A DNA stretch of 64,000 bases from an uncultured bacterium (GTDB taxonomy: Bacteria > Fidelibacterota > Marinisomatia > Marinisomatales > UBA1611), in contig CAJVZI010000001.1 of the NCBI GenBank assembly GCA_913020665.1, forward strand, positions 4,098-68,097. The letters run 5' to 3'. Every line of letters starts with the position of its first letter. Within the stretch, counting starts at the first letter, position 1. Of this stretch, positions 49,859 through 59,328 are shown one piece after another. The notes below the pieces were generated by a model. It searched no databases. It worked only from the letters and a program-made list of their open reading frames with translations, and had not been told where the DNA came from. The translations under genes and the position numbers were made by a program.

Positions 49859-51106
49859 TTATAACCCTGATTGTAAAGCAGAACCCAAGTGGAATACAGG
49901 CAAGTAGGTCAGTACAACCATCAGCGCTATAACTGCCCCTACCATAAGTATAAGCAAAGGCTCTATCAATGTGGTCATTCTATCCACAAGCGCATCTACT
50001 TGCTTTTGATAATAATCTGCAGCTCTATCCAGAAGATCATCCAATTCACCCGTGTCCTCACCCGTGGATGCTAGCTGCAATAATATAGATGGGAACACCT
50101 CTGTCCTTCTAAGCGCCGTTGAAATATTATAACCATCCCTAATAAGATCAGATGCGTCATCTATTGCTCTTTCATATACCTTATTATCTACCACTTTTCT
50201 TAGTAGAGCTGTCGTCTCTAGAACGGGCACTCCAGCCCCGATAAGGATACCAAATGTCTTGCAAAATTTATTTAATATAGATTGCTCGATCAACGTACCA
50301 AAAACTGGGATCTTTAAAATGATCGAGTCTAGGGTATAGCCTCCTCGCTGAGTCTTCGAGATCAACCAAATAATAGAGAAGATCGAAAAGACCACAAAAG
50401 CCAGAAAGCCAATATTATTGCCGAACCAAGTGCTAAAATCTATCATTTGTCTAGTTGCAGCTGGAAGCCCTGCACCTAATTGGGCGTATACTTGAGAAAA
50501 TTTTGGTATTATGACCAGAAGCATGACCATCAGCATTGCAATAAGAAATAAGATCATAAAAATTGGATAATTCATAGCAGACTTTACTTTTCTCCGCGTA
50601 TCATCCAAATTTTCAAGGTAGGAGGATAATTGCTCTAAGATCTCATTAAGATTTCCGCTCACTTCACCAGCTTTCACCATTGCTACAAATAGAGTATTGA
50701 AAACACCCGGATGTCTTGATAATGATTCTGATAGATTTAGGCCTTTGCGGATATTATCACTTACAGTATTTAAAACTTTTTTAAATTTTCTGTGTTTCTC
50801 CTCTGCCCCTAGACTCTGTATAGCACGCTCAAGCGTGAGGCCTGCTGAGAACATAGTGGCAAGCTGGCGTGTGAAGAATACAATATTTGATAGTGGTATC
50901 CGATTCTTGGCCTTTTCTATTGATAACTGTATCTCATCAATAAACGGACCTAAAAAGTCAAAAGTATCATCTACCTCTTTCAGTGAAATGACCATTTGAC
51001 CATTTGCAGATAATTTTTGGATCGCAGTATCTAGAGAGTCTGCACGTATCTCTCCTTCTTTCCTCTTTCCTTCCGGGTCTTTGGTCAAATAATTAAATAC
51101 GGCCAT
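49859..51106 (-). CDS. pilC: Type IV pilus platform protein PilC (GspF family)
   Basis: FTRQLATM..AG, AGE.SG.L, A..YP, GE.TG.L and EP motifs. Confidence 0.93.
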   Translation of the reverse strand: MAVFNYLTKDPEGKRKEGEIRADSLDTAIQKLSANGQMVISLKEVDDTFDFLGPFIDEIQLSIEKAKNRIPLSNIVFFTRQLATMFSAGLTLERAIQSLGAEEKHRKFKKVLNTVSDNIRKGLNLSESLSRHPGVFNTLFVAMVKAGEVSGNLNEILEQLSSYLENLDDTRRKVKSAMNYPIFMILFLIAMLMVMLLVIIPKFSQVYAQLGAGLPAATRQMIDFSTWFGNNIGFLAFVVFSIFSIIWLISKTQRGGYTLDSIILKIPVFGTLIEQSILNKFCKTFGILIGAGVPVLETTALLRKVVDNKVYERAIDDASDLIRDGYNISTALRRTEVFPSILLQLASTGEDTGELDDLLDRAADYYQKQVDALVDRMTTLIEPLLILMVGAVIALMVVLTYLPVFHLGSALQSGL

Positions 51107-52827
51107 TACAGGTCTTCGACGGTTGACCTTAATACTTCTTCTACAGACGTTGTTCCATCCAATACTCTTTCAAGCCCTGCATCTCTTAGTGTGGTCATAC
51201 CATTATCTAAGGCCGTCTGGCGTATCTCATCCTCATTCGCATTATCGAATACAAGCTTACGAAGCTCACGTGCCATAGGAATCATCTCAAATATTGCAAG
51301 CCTTCCTTTGTACCCTGTATTACGACATTCTGCACAGCCTTTCCCTTTGTATAAAGGACCATCTACTTTACCGGGCTCAAGTCCAACCAATACGAGTTCC
51401 TCTTTCGTAGGTTCGTATTCTTCTTTACAGTTTGTACATATCCTCCGCACTAGCCTTTGGGCCATAACAAGGTTTAAGCAAGACCCAACCAAAAATGGTG
51501 CTATTCCAATATCTAGAAGTCTTGTTATTGTTCCTGGTGCATCATTCGCATGTACTGTTGAAAATACTAAGTGACCAGTTAAAGAGAATTTCACTGCAAT
51601 ATCTGCTGTCTCTCCATCCCTTATCTCACCAATGAGAAGTACATCGGGGTCTTGACGCAATATAGAGCGAAGAGTGGAACCAAATGTGAGACCAATATCC
51701 TCAAATACTTGAACCTGGTTCACGCCATCTAGTTGATACTCGACAGGATCCTCCACTGTTGTGATATTTGTTCTTTCACTTTTGATCTCTTTAAGAGCCG
51801 CATAAAGTGATGTTGACTTACCAGAACCCGTAGGGCCTGAAACCACAACCATACCATAGGGTTGATTTATGACCTTCTTGAACGTATTTAAATTTTGTTT
51901 AGGAAATCCTAAAGAGGTAAGGTTAAAGTCAAATCCTGTTTTATCCAGCAGTCGCATCACGACCTTTTCACCATAAACCGTAGGTAAGATAGATACACGT
52001 ATGTCTATATCTTTCCCTGGTGATTTAACGGAAAATCTTCCATCCTGAGGTAATCTTTTTTCAGCTATATTGAGATTTGATAATATCTTGATCCTCGTCA
52101 CCAGACCACTTAAGGAAGCTATAGGTGGTGTCATGATAGTCTGCAGAACGCCATCGATCCTAATTCTTATGTAGACCTGCTGCTCCATTGGCTCTATATG
52201 GATATCTGTTGCTCGCTCTTTGATAGATTCCTGAAAAATAAGATTAACCAGTTTGACTATGGGCGCATCTTCTTCAGATGCTTTATCAGGCGAGAGATCG
52301 ACCTCTTCTTGAGATCCTTCATCACCTGAGACAATCGTAATACTGTCTATGGTCTGTTCAACCTCTGCTGTTTTTTGTATCTCTCCATAGACCTTATCTA
52401 ACGCTTTTTCAAGGAGAGTTGGTCCTGCAACTAAAATATCAGGGTTTAAGTTGGTTAGTCTCTTAATTGAGTCTATGGCAACAACATCCTCTGGATCCTC
52501 CATTGCGACAACAATGGTCGTATCGCTACTACTGACTCCTAATACCCTATTCTCGCGTGCAAAATCCTCAGGAATGAGTGCAGCGACCTTCGAGTCAGCC
52601 TCCAGTAGAATAAAATTATCTGCTTTTTTGTATCCTAGCTGCTGGCCATAGGCAGTTGCAAAATCATCTTCCTCTATGAGTCCCATTTCTATCAAGGTAG
52701 TACCGATCTTCTCGTTCGTTGTTTTTTGCTGCACCAATCCTTCATTTATCCCGCTCTCTGTTGCTTTACCATTATTGACAAGTATCTCACCGATCTTGGA
52801 AAATTGTGGATTAAAATCTGCGCTCAT
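51106..52827 (-). CDS. pilB: Type IV pilus assembly ATPase PilB (GspE family)
   Basis: GPTGSGKST, EDPVE, LRQDPD, tetra-Cys Zn motif (CTNC, CAEC) and MshEN-like N-terminus. Confidence 0.93.
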   Translation of the reverse strand: MSADFNPQFSKIGEILVNNGKATESGINEGLVQQKTTNEKIGTTLIEMGLIEEDDFATAYGQQLGYKKADNFILLEADSKVAALIPEDFARENRVLGVSSSDTTIVVAMEDPEDVVAIDSIKRLTNLNPDILVAGPTLLEKALDKVYGEIQKTAEVEQTIDSITIVSGDEGSQEEVDLSPDKASEEDAPIVKLVNLIFQESIKERATDIHIEPMEQQVYIRIRIDGVLQTIMTPPIASLSGLVTRIKILSNLNIAEKRLPQDGRFSVKSPGKDIDIRVSILPTVYGEKVVMRLLDKTGFDFNLTSLGFPKQNLNTFKKVINQPYGMVVVSGPTGSGKSTSLYAALKEIKSERTNITTVEDPVEYQLDGVNQVQVFEDIGLTFGSTLRSILRQDPDVLLIGEIRDGETADIAVKFSLTGHLVFSTVHANDAPGTITRLLDIGIAPFLVGSCLNLVMAQRLVRRICTNCKEEYEPTKEELVLVGLEPGKVDGPLYKGKGCAECRNTGYKGRLAIFEMIPMARELRKLVFDNANEDEIRQTALDNGMTTLRDAGLERVLDGTTSVEEVLRSTVEDL

Positions 52828-52857
52828 TTTCTATTCCTTTGAACTATAATTTCCAGT

Positions 52858-55104
52858 TTATGGACACTCAGCGGGAGATCTCACTAACAGTATATCCAAA
52901 GGATCACTTGTAGTGATCTCCGGAATCAGTAAGGTTGCTGAGAGGCTTGCCGTAAAATCATCGTATGTACATATATTGGGTGTCTGTGTATCATCAATAT
53001 TGGCTAGAGTGCAAAGTGCTTGGTCAAATTCAACCGTAATTCGAGCATATCCATCTTGATCTGTTCTTACAACTGGTTCACAATTGATCATAGAGTATCC
53101 ATCCCATTCACCATTGCCTTCCCCTAGATCAAATGTACCCTCTACACCATCCTGTCCAAAATCATCAAATGGCTCTGATACCTCTGAAGTATCTATTAAA
53201 CCATCCCCATCGATATCAAATGCATCATGATTCTGGTTACCTTGGCCCATATCTACCGTTGTGGGATCGTCATCAGCACCATAGTCACGCCATGAAAAAC
53301 AACCATCGCCTGCACCAGCTCCTAATACACCCACATCCTCATAAGCCTCGTATCCTAATTCATACCAAGCATTGACCCCAGTCCCCTGGAATGCAACAGG
53401 TGCATCGACCACAGGGTTACCATAGAAATCAATGACCAAAGCGCTTATCTGCAGTAAGGCAGGGTTACCATTTAAACTGAAATCCCAATAGGTAGCTTCA
53501 GATAATAATGATACCTGGCCTGGCAAAAAGAATAAGGTAGCATCTCCTTGGTCTTCATTAATGAAAGACGCCACAGAGTCACCATTCGCACCAAATGTGA
53601 GAGCTCTTACTTGCCCAATATCACCAATGGCATCTGTAGAATAAACTATGTTTGACCTAGCGACACCTGATGTGGCCTGCCCACTTAAAACACCCTCATT
53701 ATTCGTATAACTTACACCCTCAACAAATGCATCAATGAGTGTATCTGGTGGTAATGGATTTATAGACCAGTACACATATGTTGAATCCTCAACAGGGTTG
53801 TACCACCTATCATACACAATCGCAGCGCACTCTGTCTGGTAGAACCCTCCACCGATCGCTTCCGTACTATTTGGATCATACTCCGCTTCAATATGATAGG
53901 GAGCACCCGACGCAATAACCACGGGGACCGTTATACTTTCTAGGGCATCGTTAAGGGAATCACAGATGGATGTTTCTAAAGTATTTGCTGTTGCAATGAT
54001 CCTTACAGGTCCAGGTTCTGTGCCACTGTTCAATGAAACCGTTGCAATGCCATTTACTGACTCGACATTCACAGATGTCTGATCTGGACTATTCAAATAC
54101 GTTCCCTCCAAGATGGGTTCCAATCTAAAGTTCACAATCACTGGCGTTGTCAAAAGATTACCATTGCTGTCATATATTTCAGCCTTTATATCCGTGGACT
54201 CAATGCCACCTCCATCTTTTACAACTATTTCACTTGGATTAGAAGACGGTATTTCAATATATGCACATGAACCAACCGCGCTTTCAGTACCTATGACAAT
54301 CTGTTTTGATACTGTTACGGTGTCACCCACTGCAGGATGATAAAAAGATGCGTTCACCAAGCCAGGTCCAACATTCTCGCTAAAACTGTACGATTCAAAT
54401 GTTGTATTTACCATGCCCGTGGCATCAGTATAACACGTGTCACCGCATTCTATGCTACCATTAGCTGATTCTATATTCAATAATACTCCCACAAGATCAT
54501 GACCATAAGCATTTTGAAGTAGCACGTCATAGGGGCTACTTGCACCAAGATCGATCTGAGCATCTGCAGTGATATTCATGGTATAAGGCCATACCTGCTC
54601 TTTCTGGCTAAAAATTGAGAATTCCACATTGTCGATAATATCCTCAGTATACTTAACAGTAATGATCGCTCCGGAAGATGCAGTGGTCTCGATCTTTTCT
54701 GCACCATTACCTGGAGTGAAACGAGCATATGCATACCCGTTCCCACCCATATCAGGGAAACCAAATTCTTTGAAGTTCGGTACATATTTTGTCGATGGAT
54801 CACTTGTGTCAAACGAACCTTCTGTATCTGAAGAGAATTGCAGTGATTTTCCATTTACTCCGGCACCATCTGCGTCCAATAGTCTTGCTATCACAATAAC
54901 AGAGGTTTTTGCACTCGCATCAGATAAGACCTCTCCAACTATCGTAGGATTAGAGGTCTCACCATGCACAAAAACATGTGCTAAAGACAATGAACCTGTC
55001 TCAACTGCAGTGTCTACTTGGGAAGGCAAACGATCATCGCACGATAAAGTGAAGATCGAAATAGAAAGAATCGATATAACACTAATAATTCTTGAATAAT
55101 GCAT
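52858..55104 (-). CDS. Large acidic lipoprotein with Big/invasin-like Ig repeats and DxDGDG loops
   Basis: Start moved from 55188 to ATG at 55104 after AAGGAG; lipobox TLSC; repeats such as V.D..GNP, TD..G.A and DIDGDG. Confidence 0.65.
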   Translation of the reverse strand: MHYSRIISVISILSISIFTLSCDDRLPSQVDTAVETGSLSLAHVFVHGETSNPTIVGEVLSDASAKTSVIVIARLLDADGAGVNGKSLQFSSDTEGSFDTSDPSTKYVPNFKEFGFPDMGGNGYAYARFTPGNGAEKIETTASSGAIITVKYTEDIIDNVEFSIFSQKEQVWPYTMNITADAQIDLGASSPYDVLLQNAYGHDLVGVLLNIESANGSIECGDTCYTDATGMVNTTFESYSFSENVGPGLVNASFYHPAVGDTVTVSKQIVIGTESAVGSCAYIEIPSSNPSEIVVKDGGGIESTDIKAEIYDSNGNLLTTPVIVNFRLEPILEGTYLNSPDQTSVNVESVNGIATVSLNSGTEPGPVRIIATANTLETSICDSLNDALESITVPVVIASGAPYHIEAEYDPNSTEAIGGGFYQTECAAIVYDRWYNPVEDSTYVYWSINPLPPDTLIDAFVEGVSYTNNEGVLSGQATSGVARSNIVYSTDAIGDIGQVRALTFGANGDSVASFINEDQGDATLFFLPGQVSLLSEATYWDFSLNGNPALLQISALVIDFYGNPVVDAPVAFQGTGVNAWYELGYEAYEDVGVLGAGAGDGCFSWRDYGADDDPTTVDMGQGNQNHDAFDIDGDGLIDTSEVSEPFDDFGQDGVEGTFDLGEGNGEWDGYSMINCEPVVRTDQDGYARITVEFDQALCTLANIDDTQTPNICTYDDFTASLSATLLIPEITTSDPLDILLVRSPAECP

Positions 55105-55105
55105 G

Positions 55106-56575
55106 CTATTCTCCTTTACCTTGGTCTGCTTCAGAACCATTTGTCTCTTCATTGGTATCATTAGCTGGGCCAGACCCATTAGTTTCATTTTTTTCTAGTA
55201 AGGACCTAGTGACATAGTCTTCATATTCAGCAACCTCTTTGGATTTTACTATTCCTGTATAAGCGTCCTGAATGATCTTTGGTGTGATCTGTATTACGAG
55301 ATCGGTCTTTCGTTCAATCACGCCCCTTGATGTAAACAATTTGCTTCCTATTATTGGGATCTTATGCAATATTGGCACCTTATAGGTTGTTTGTTTTTTA
55401 TCGTTACTTAAAAGGCCACCGATGACAATGGATTCCCCATCTTTTACCCTTATAGTAGTAGATGATGTTCTGCTCTTAACTCTTGGTATATTAGCATCTG
55501 GACCGATAAATTCAAATATCGTGGATACCTCAGGCTCAACTTTTACCGTAATATAACCATCGGTATTCACGGTAGGTAAAATATTAAGTTTTATCCCAAC
55601 CTCTTCCTTTTGAACCTGTACCTGACCACCTACTCCACCAGAGCTTAAAATATATGGTACGATGTCCACAAGTTTGATATTGGCCTCTCTTCCGTTGATC
55701 GTTGTCAGCCTTGAGTCAGCTAGAACTTCTGCTTTATTATTTCTTAATAACATATCCAGGGTGAGGTCAAATGCCGTGAGCTGCCTACTGAAATATCTTG
55801 GAATTATGGCTGTCTCATCCTTCTTTTTACTTAATCTATTAAATCCCATTGTAGCCGGCTTCTGCCCTATTGTTTGATCATCGGGCACAATAGAACCTCC
55901 ACCCTCTTCAAGCGGCACCCCATTCTCTGCAAGGATGGTACTGTAGCTTGATATCCTGGACCAATCAAGACCCAACTGTTCTTCAACGTCTGCAGCTACT
56001 TCGATCAGTCTTGTCTCAAGCATGATCTGTATTGCAGGAACATCAATGCTCTCCACAACCTTTATGATCTCTGCGATCTTTTTTGGAGATGCATTGACCA
56101 AAAGCTTATTCCCTGGAATATCTACCTGTACCTGCTCCGAGATATCCTGCAAAAGGTTTTTTACATCCTCAGCCGAAGCATATTTTAATGTGATCACATA
56201 TGATGTGACGCCTACCTCTTCCTTTAACTTTTTAGGTTCTGCAATTAAAAATGAGTTTCCAACTACCTCATAACTAAGTCCTACAGCCCTGACAACAAGA
56301 TTGATCGCCTGTTCAATAGGAACCTCATCCAAGTGAATGGATACTTTATCCTGCTTGTTCACATTTGGGTCAGTAACAATGTTATAGCCACTCTCTTTTG
56401 CCAAAATAGCAAGAATACTTGGCAAGAATGCGTCCTCTGCATGGACCGTGATCAGGGTATTATCATCTTCCGCTTCACCTGCACCTGACTGCCCGTGGAT
56501 CGGTTGCATTGTGTTGATCAGAATGAAGCAACATGCTACAATATTCAAAAATCTCATATTAAGCTTTATATTCAT
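55106..56575 (-). CDS. pilQ: Secretin PilQ/GspD family (short form)
   Basis: N0/STN and N3 domains, secretin motifs VGIKL.I.P, V.DGE..VIGGL, KVP.L..IP..G and ITPKI. Confidence 0.9.
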   Translation of the reverse strand: MNIKLNMRFLNIVACCFILINTMQPIHGQSGAGEAEDDNTLITVHAEDAFLPSILAILAKESGYNIVTDPNVNKQDKVSIHLDEVPIEQAINLVVRAVGLSYEVVGNSFLIAEPKKLKEEVGVTSYVITLKYASAEDVKNLLQDISEQVQVDIPGNKLLVNASPKKIAEIIKVVESIDVPAIQIMLETRLIEVAADVEEQLGLDWSRISSYSTILAENGVPLEEGGGSIVPDDQTIGQKPATMGFNRLSKKKDETAIIPRYFSRQLTAFDLTLDMLLRNNKAEVLADSRLTTINGREANIKLVDIVPYILSSGGVGGQVQVQKEEVGIKLNILPTVNTDGYITVKVEPEVSTIFEFIGPDANIPRVKSRTSSTTIRVKDGESIVIGGLLSNDKKQTTYKVPILHKIPIIGSKLFTSRGVIERKTDLVIQITPKIIQDAYTGIVKSKEVAEYEDYVTRSLLEKNETNGSGPANDTNEETNGSEADQGKGE

Positions 56576-56592
56576 AAGTTTTTCCCACTATC

Positions 56593-57093
56593 CTAAGTTG
56601 ATGGCTCATTGCCTGGTGCAGGGTAAGATTTTCTACCACTGCTAGTATTTATTATGACCTTTGTACCGTCAATTTCTTCAACAGTACCAATATTTGGAAG
56701 AACATCCCCCACTCCAACGGTAAAGGCCTTCCCTCGATAGTCTATTTGAGCCTGAAAATGATCATCTCTCTGGTAAACAAGAGCGACTCTCACTGCATTT
56801 CTATTTCGTTTTACTCTTCTACCAGACCCATCTGCTAAAGAGAGCACATTAGTTAGTAACATTGGAGTATTGGTGATATTAAACTTGAATTCACTACGAT
56901 CTTCAAGCCTTTCTTCTAAATATGATATAATATTCTCTAACTCTTTGTCTGTACCAAATTGAATATCTTCTGCAGCCTCTTTTAAACGACTGTATTTTTT
57001 ATTCATTGGAAAAAGTTTAAAACTAGTAGCAACCAGACTCACGACCGTAAAAGCGACTACAAGATTCCATATGGTAACTGATCTGTCACTCAT
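56593..57093 (-). CDS. PilP/GspC-like protein
   Basis: Lies between pilO and pilQ; N-terminal TM; C-terminal beta domain (V.VGD....G.V.EI). Confidence 0.55.
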   Translation of the reverse strand: MSDRSVTIWNLVVAFTVVSLVATSFKLFPMNKKYSRLKEAAEDIQFGTDKELENIISYLEERLEDRSEFKFNITNTPMLLTNVLSLADGSGRRVKRNRNAVRVALVYQRDDHFQAQIDYRGKAFTVGVGDVLPNIGTVEEIDGTKVIINTSSGRKSYPAPGNEPST

Positions 57094-57665
57094 GATACTA
57101 CCTTACTCTTGGATTTTACCAGAGTTATAGTAGATAGATTCACTACAAACTCTTGATATATTAATTTATCTTCATTGGTATTGGCCTTGATCCTCTCTAT
57201 ACCATTCTTCACCTCAAACTCATCTATTGTGATCAGCCTCGGTGAACGCTCGATCTCAGAAAGAAATTTTCCAAACTGATCATAAGAACACTCTAGCGTG
57301 ATGATATATGGTGCTTTGAAATAGGTTATCTTATCAATACGTGGTTTGGGTTTTATGCCCAATAGCTTTATATCTAATTCTTCCAGCATATCAGTTAGAT
57401 TATTTAAGAATGGGAGACTAGCATCATCTGCGAGGGAGTCCGCTTTCGATAGCGCCAGGTTTTCTTGAAATAATGTAAATACCCTATCTAATTGACTGGC
57501 TAAGATCTGAGCACTGATCAGATTCTCATTAAGCTCTTGCTGCTCTTCCTCTAGCACTCTGATCTCAAATGGTTTTTCACCGATCAATAAGGATGCGCTT
57601 ACCCAATAGGATAAGGTCAATAAGATCATAGATCCGAATAAAATAATATTTCTTTTTTCAGCCAT
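57090..57665 (-). CDS. pilO: Type IV pilus alignment protein PilO
   Basis: TM plus coiled coil plus Y..FG.FL..IE..PRLI motif. Confidence 0.85.
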   Translation of the reverse strand: MAEKRNIILFGSMILLTLSYWVSASLLIGEKPFEIRVLEEEQQELNENLISAQILASQLDRVFTLFQENLALSKADSLADDASLPFLNNLTDMLEELDIKLLGIKPKPRIDKITYFKAPYIITLECSYDQFGKFLSEIERSPRLITIDEFEVKNGIERIKANTNEDKLIYQEFVVNLSTITLVKSKSKVVS

Positions 57666-57674
57666 ATATTATGT

Positions 57675-58268
57675 TCAGGAAAAATTCTTTTTCCCGCTCC
57701 TCTTAGAACTTGCTTCAATCTCAAACCTAACAATTTCTTGTCCTCTGACATTTACCTTACTATGCCCTACATATTTTATTTTGCTAAAGTTGCTTGAGAA
57801 TTCTTTATTGTTGCGCAATGTTTGGACATATTCATCTATGATCTCAAAATCCTTTCTATCCTCAAACGTAAGTGCTATTCCTCTAATCACAAGCTTTTGA
57901 CGTTTATACCTGAGACCTGTGATCGCAATATCATCGGGAGTAAGAGTTCCCATTTTTTCTAGATTTTTCGCCCAGAGGAACCTTTCTTGCTCAAGTTCTG
58001 CAAATGATAGAATATCATCTTTTGAAAGGTTCTTTCCCTGCGACTGGAGTTTATTTATCTCATCTTTTAAGCGTGATATCTCCTTTTCCTTTTTGTCAAT
58101 AATACCGTCATAACCGGAGCTTATCATCCAGACCCTCACGTTCACACCTAGCAGCAATACGATCAAAACACCAAATACACCCCATCGCACTCGTTCTCGC
58201 ACCCTTGCCTGACGCGTTTCTGCACTCTCAGCTTTATTAAGATTGATAACGATATAATGCTTATCCAA
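57675..58268 (-). CDS. pilN: Type IV pilus alignment protein PilN
   Basis: INL motif, TM, coiled coil, W...L......P. Start set at TTG 58268 after GGAGG. Confidence 0.82.
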   Translation of the reverse strand: MDKHYIVINLNKAESAETRQARVRERVRWGVFGVLIVLLLGVNVRVWMISSGYDGIIDKKEKEISRLKDEINKLQSQGKNLSKDDILSFAELEQERFLWAKNLEKMGTLTPDDIAITGLRYKRQKLVIRGIALTFEDRKDFEIIDEYVQTLRNNKEFSSNFSKIKYVGHSKVNVRGQEIVRFEIEASSKRSGKKNFS

Positions 58269-59319
58269 GGTCCATACCTCCTCGTATCCCCAGTCCAAGT
58301 GCCGTTGTATATTGGCTTGGATTAGATATTGAAACATCATCAGCACCATCCATGGAGTCAAATGGGTCAAACACCGCACACTCTATATTTAATTTATCCT
58401 TTACCACCTCTGAAAGTCCGGGTGTCCCGGCTGCGCCCCCTGTCAGAAATATTTTTAGAAAGAAACTCTGACCGGTCTGTTTTGCATAGAACCGTAGTGA
58501 GCGTCTCATATCCTCTATCAGGTTATCATATACAGTCCTTTCAGCAATGCCCACCTCATTCATATTGTCACTAGTGGAATCACTCTTAGATGCTGAAAGA
58601 CCATCTTTAAACAAAAGGTCCTGCGCTTCAATGTACCCAATTTCCTTCTTTTCAGATAATTCTTTTACAAAATGATGTCCTCCTATGGGCAGGTCTCTAG
58701 TAAAGAACTGCTCACCTTTCCCATATACAACCAGAGTTGAACTTACCGCACCTATATCAAGCATAACGACCAATCCATCATCGGGTATATCTTTTGCAAA
58801 TGAAAATGCATTGCTCATTGCTATTGGATTAACATCCACAATGCCAGGCTTCAGACCGCACTCTTTTAATAGATCTATGTGGTTATTTAAAACTCCCTTA
58901 GTACATGCAACTAGCCCCACATCTATCTTGTCTACCTCTTTCTTATTTGAACCAAGTATCTGGTAATCTATTACCGCATCAGTACCATCCATGGGGATAT
59001 GCTTCCTTGCTTCAAATGTCATGGCTGATTCCAATTCATCCGAAGGCATTTCCATAGTAGTGATCTGTTTGATACTCGCAGATGATCCATTGATGCCTGT
59101 GATCAAACCTTTAGCCTTTCTAGGGTTGAAACCCTGCTGTCTAAAAAGTTCTTTTACTGCCATAACCCAGTGAGAGTGGTCGATCTTCTCTGGATCGTAT
59201 GTCGCATTTTGTTCTGGAACCAATCGACATCCGGCATCGATGACCTTGTATCCCGTTTTTGTTTTTTCAGCGGTGACCATTTTCACGTACTGACGTCCAA
59301 TATCTAAACCCAAATACAT
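58261..59319 (-). CDS. pilM: Type IV pilus assembly protein PilM
   Basis: GLDIG, EA..HIP, DIGA, R....GG, LTGG and ALGLG actin-like motifs. Confidence 0.92.
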   Translation of the reverse strand: MYLGLDIGRQYVKMVTAEKTKTGYKVIDAGCRLVPEQNATYDPEKIDHSHWVMAVKELFRQQGFNPRKAKGLITGINGSSASIKQITTMEMPSDELESAMTFEARKHIPMDGTDAVIDYQILGSNKKEVDKIDVGLVACTKGVLNNHIDLLKECGLKPGIVDVNPIAMSNAFSFAKDIPDDGLVVMLDIGAVSSTLVVYGKGEQFFTRDLPIGGHHFVKELSEKKEIGYIEAQDLLFKDGLSASKSDSTSDNMNEVGIAERTVYDNLIEDMRRSLRFYAKQTGQSFFLKIFLTGGAAGTPGLSEVVKDKLNIECAVFDPFDSMDGADDVSISNPSQYTTALGLGIRGGMDLG

Positions 59320-59328
59320 TTCAAATAC

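Noticed and set aside
49859-56575. Calling the cluster a pure type II secretion system
   Set aside because: PilT with AIRNLIRE and pilMNOPQ indicate a retractile type IVa pilus.
55104-58379. Long gene overlaps implied by ORF-track starts at 55188 and 58379 (also 5793, 22929 and 43995)
   Set aside because: Downstream starts, most with a clear RBS, remove or shrink the overlaps. They are longest-ORF artefacts.
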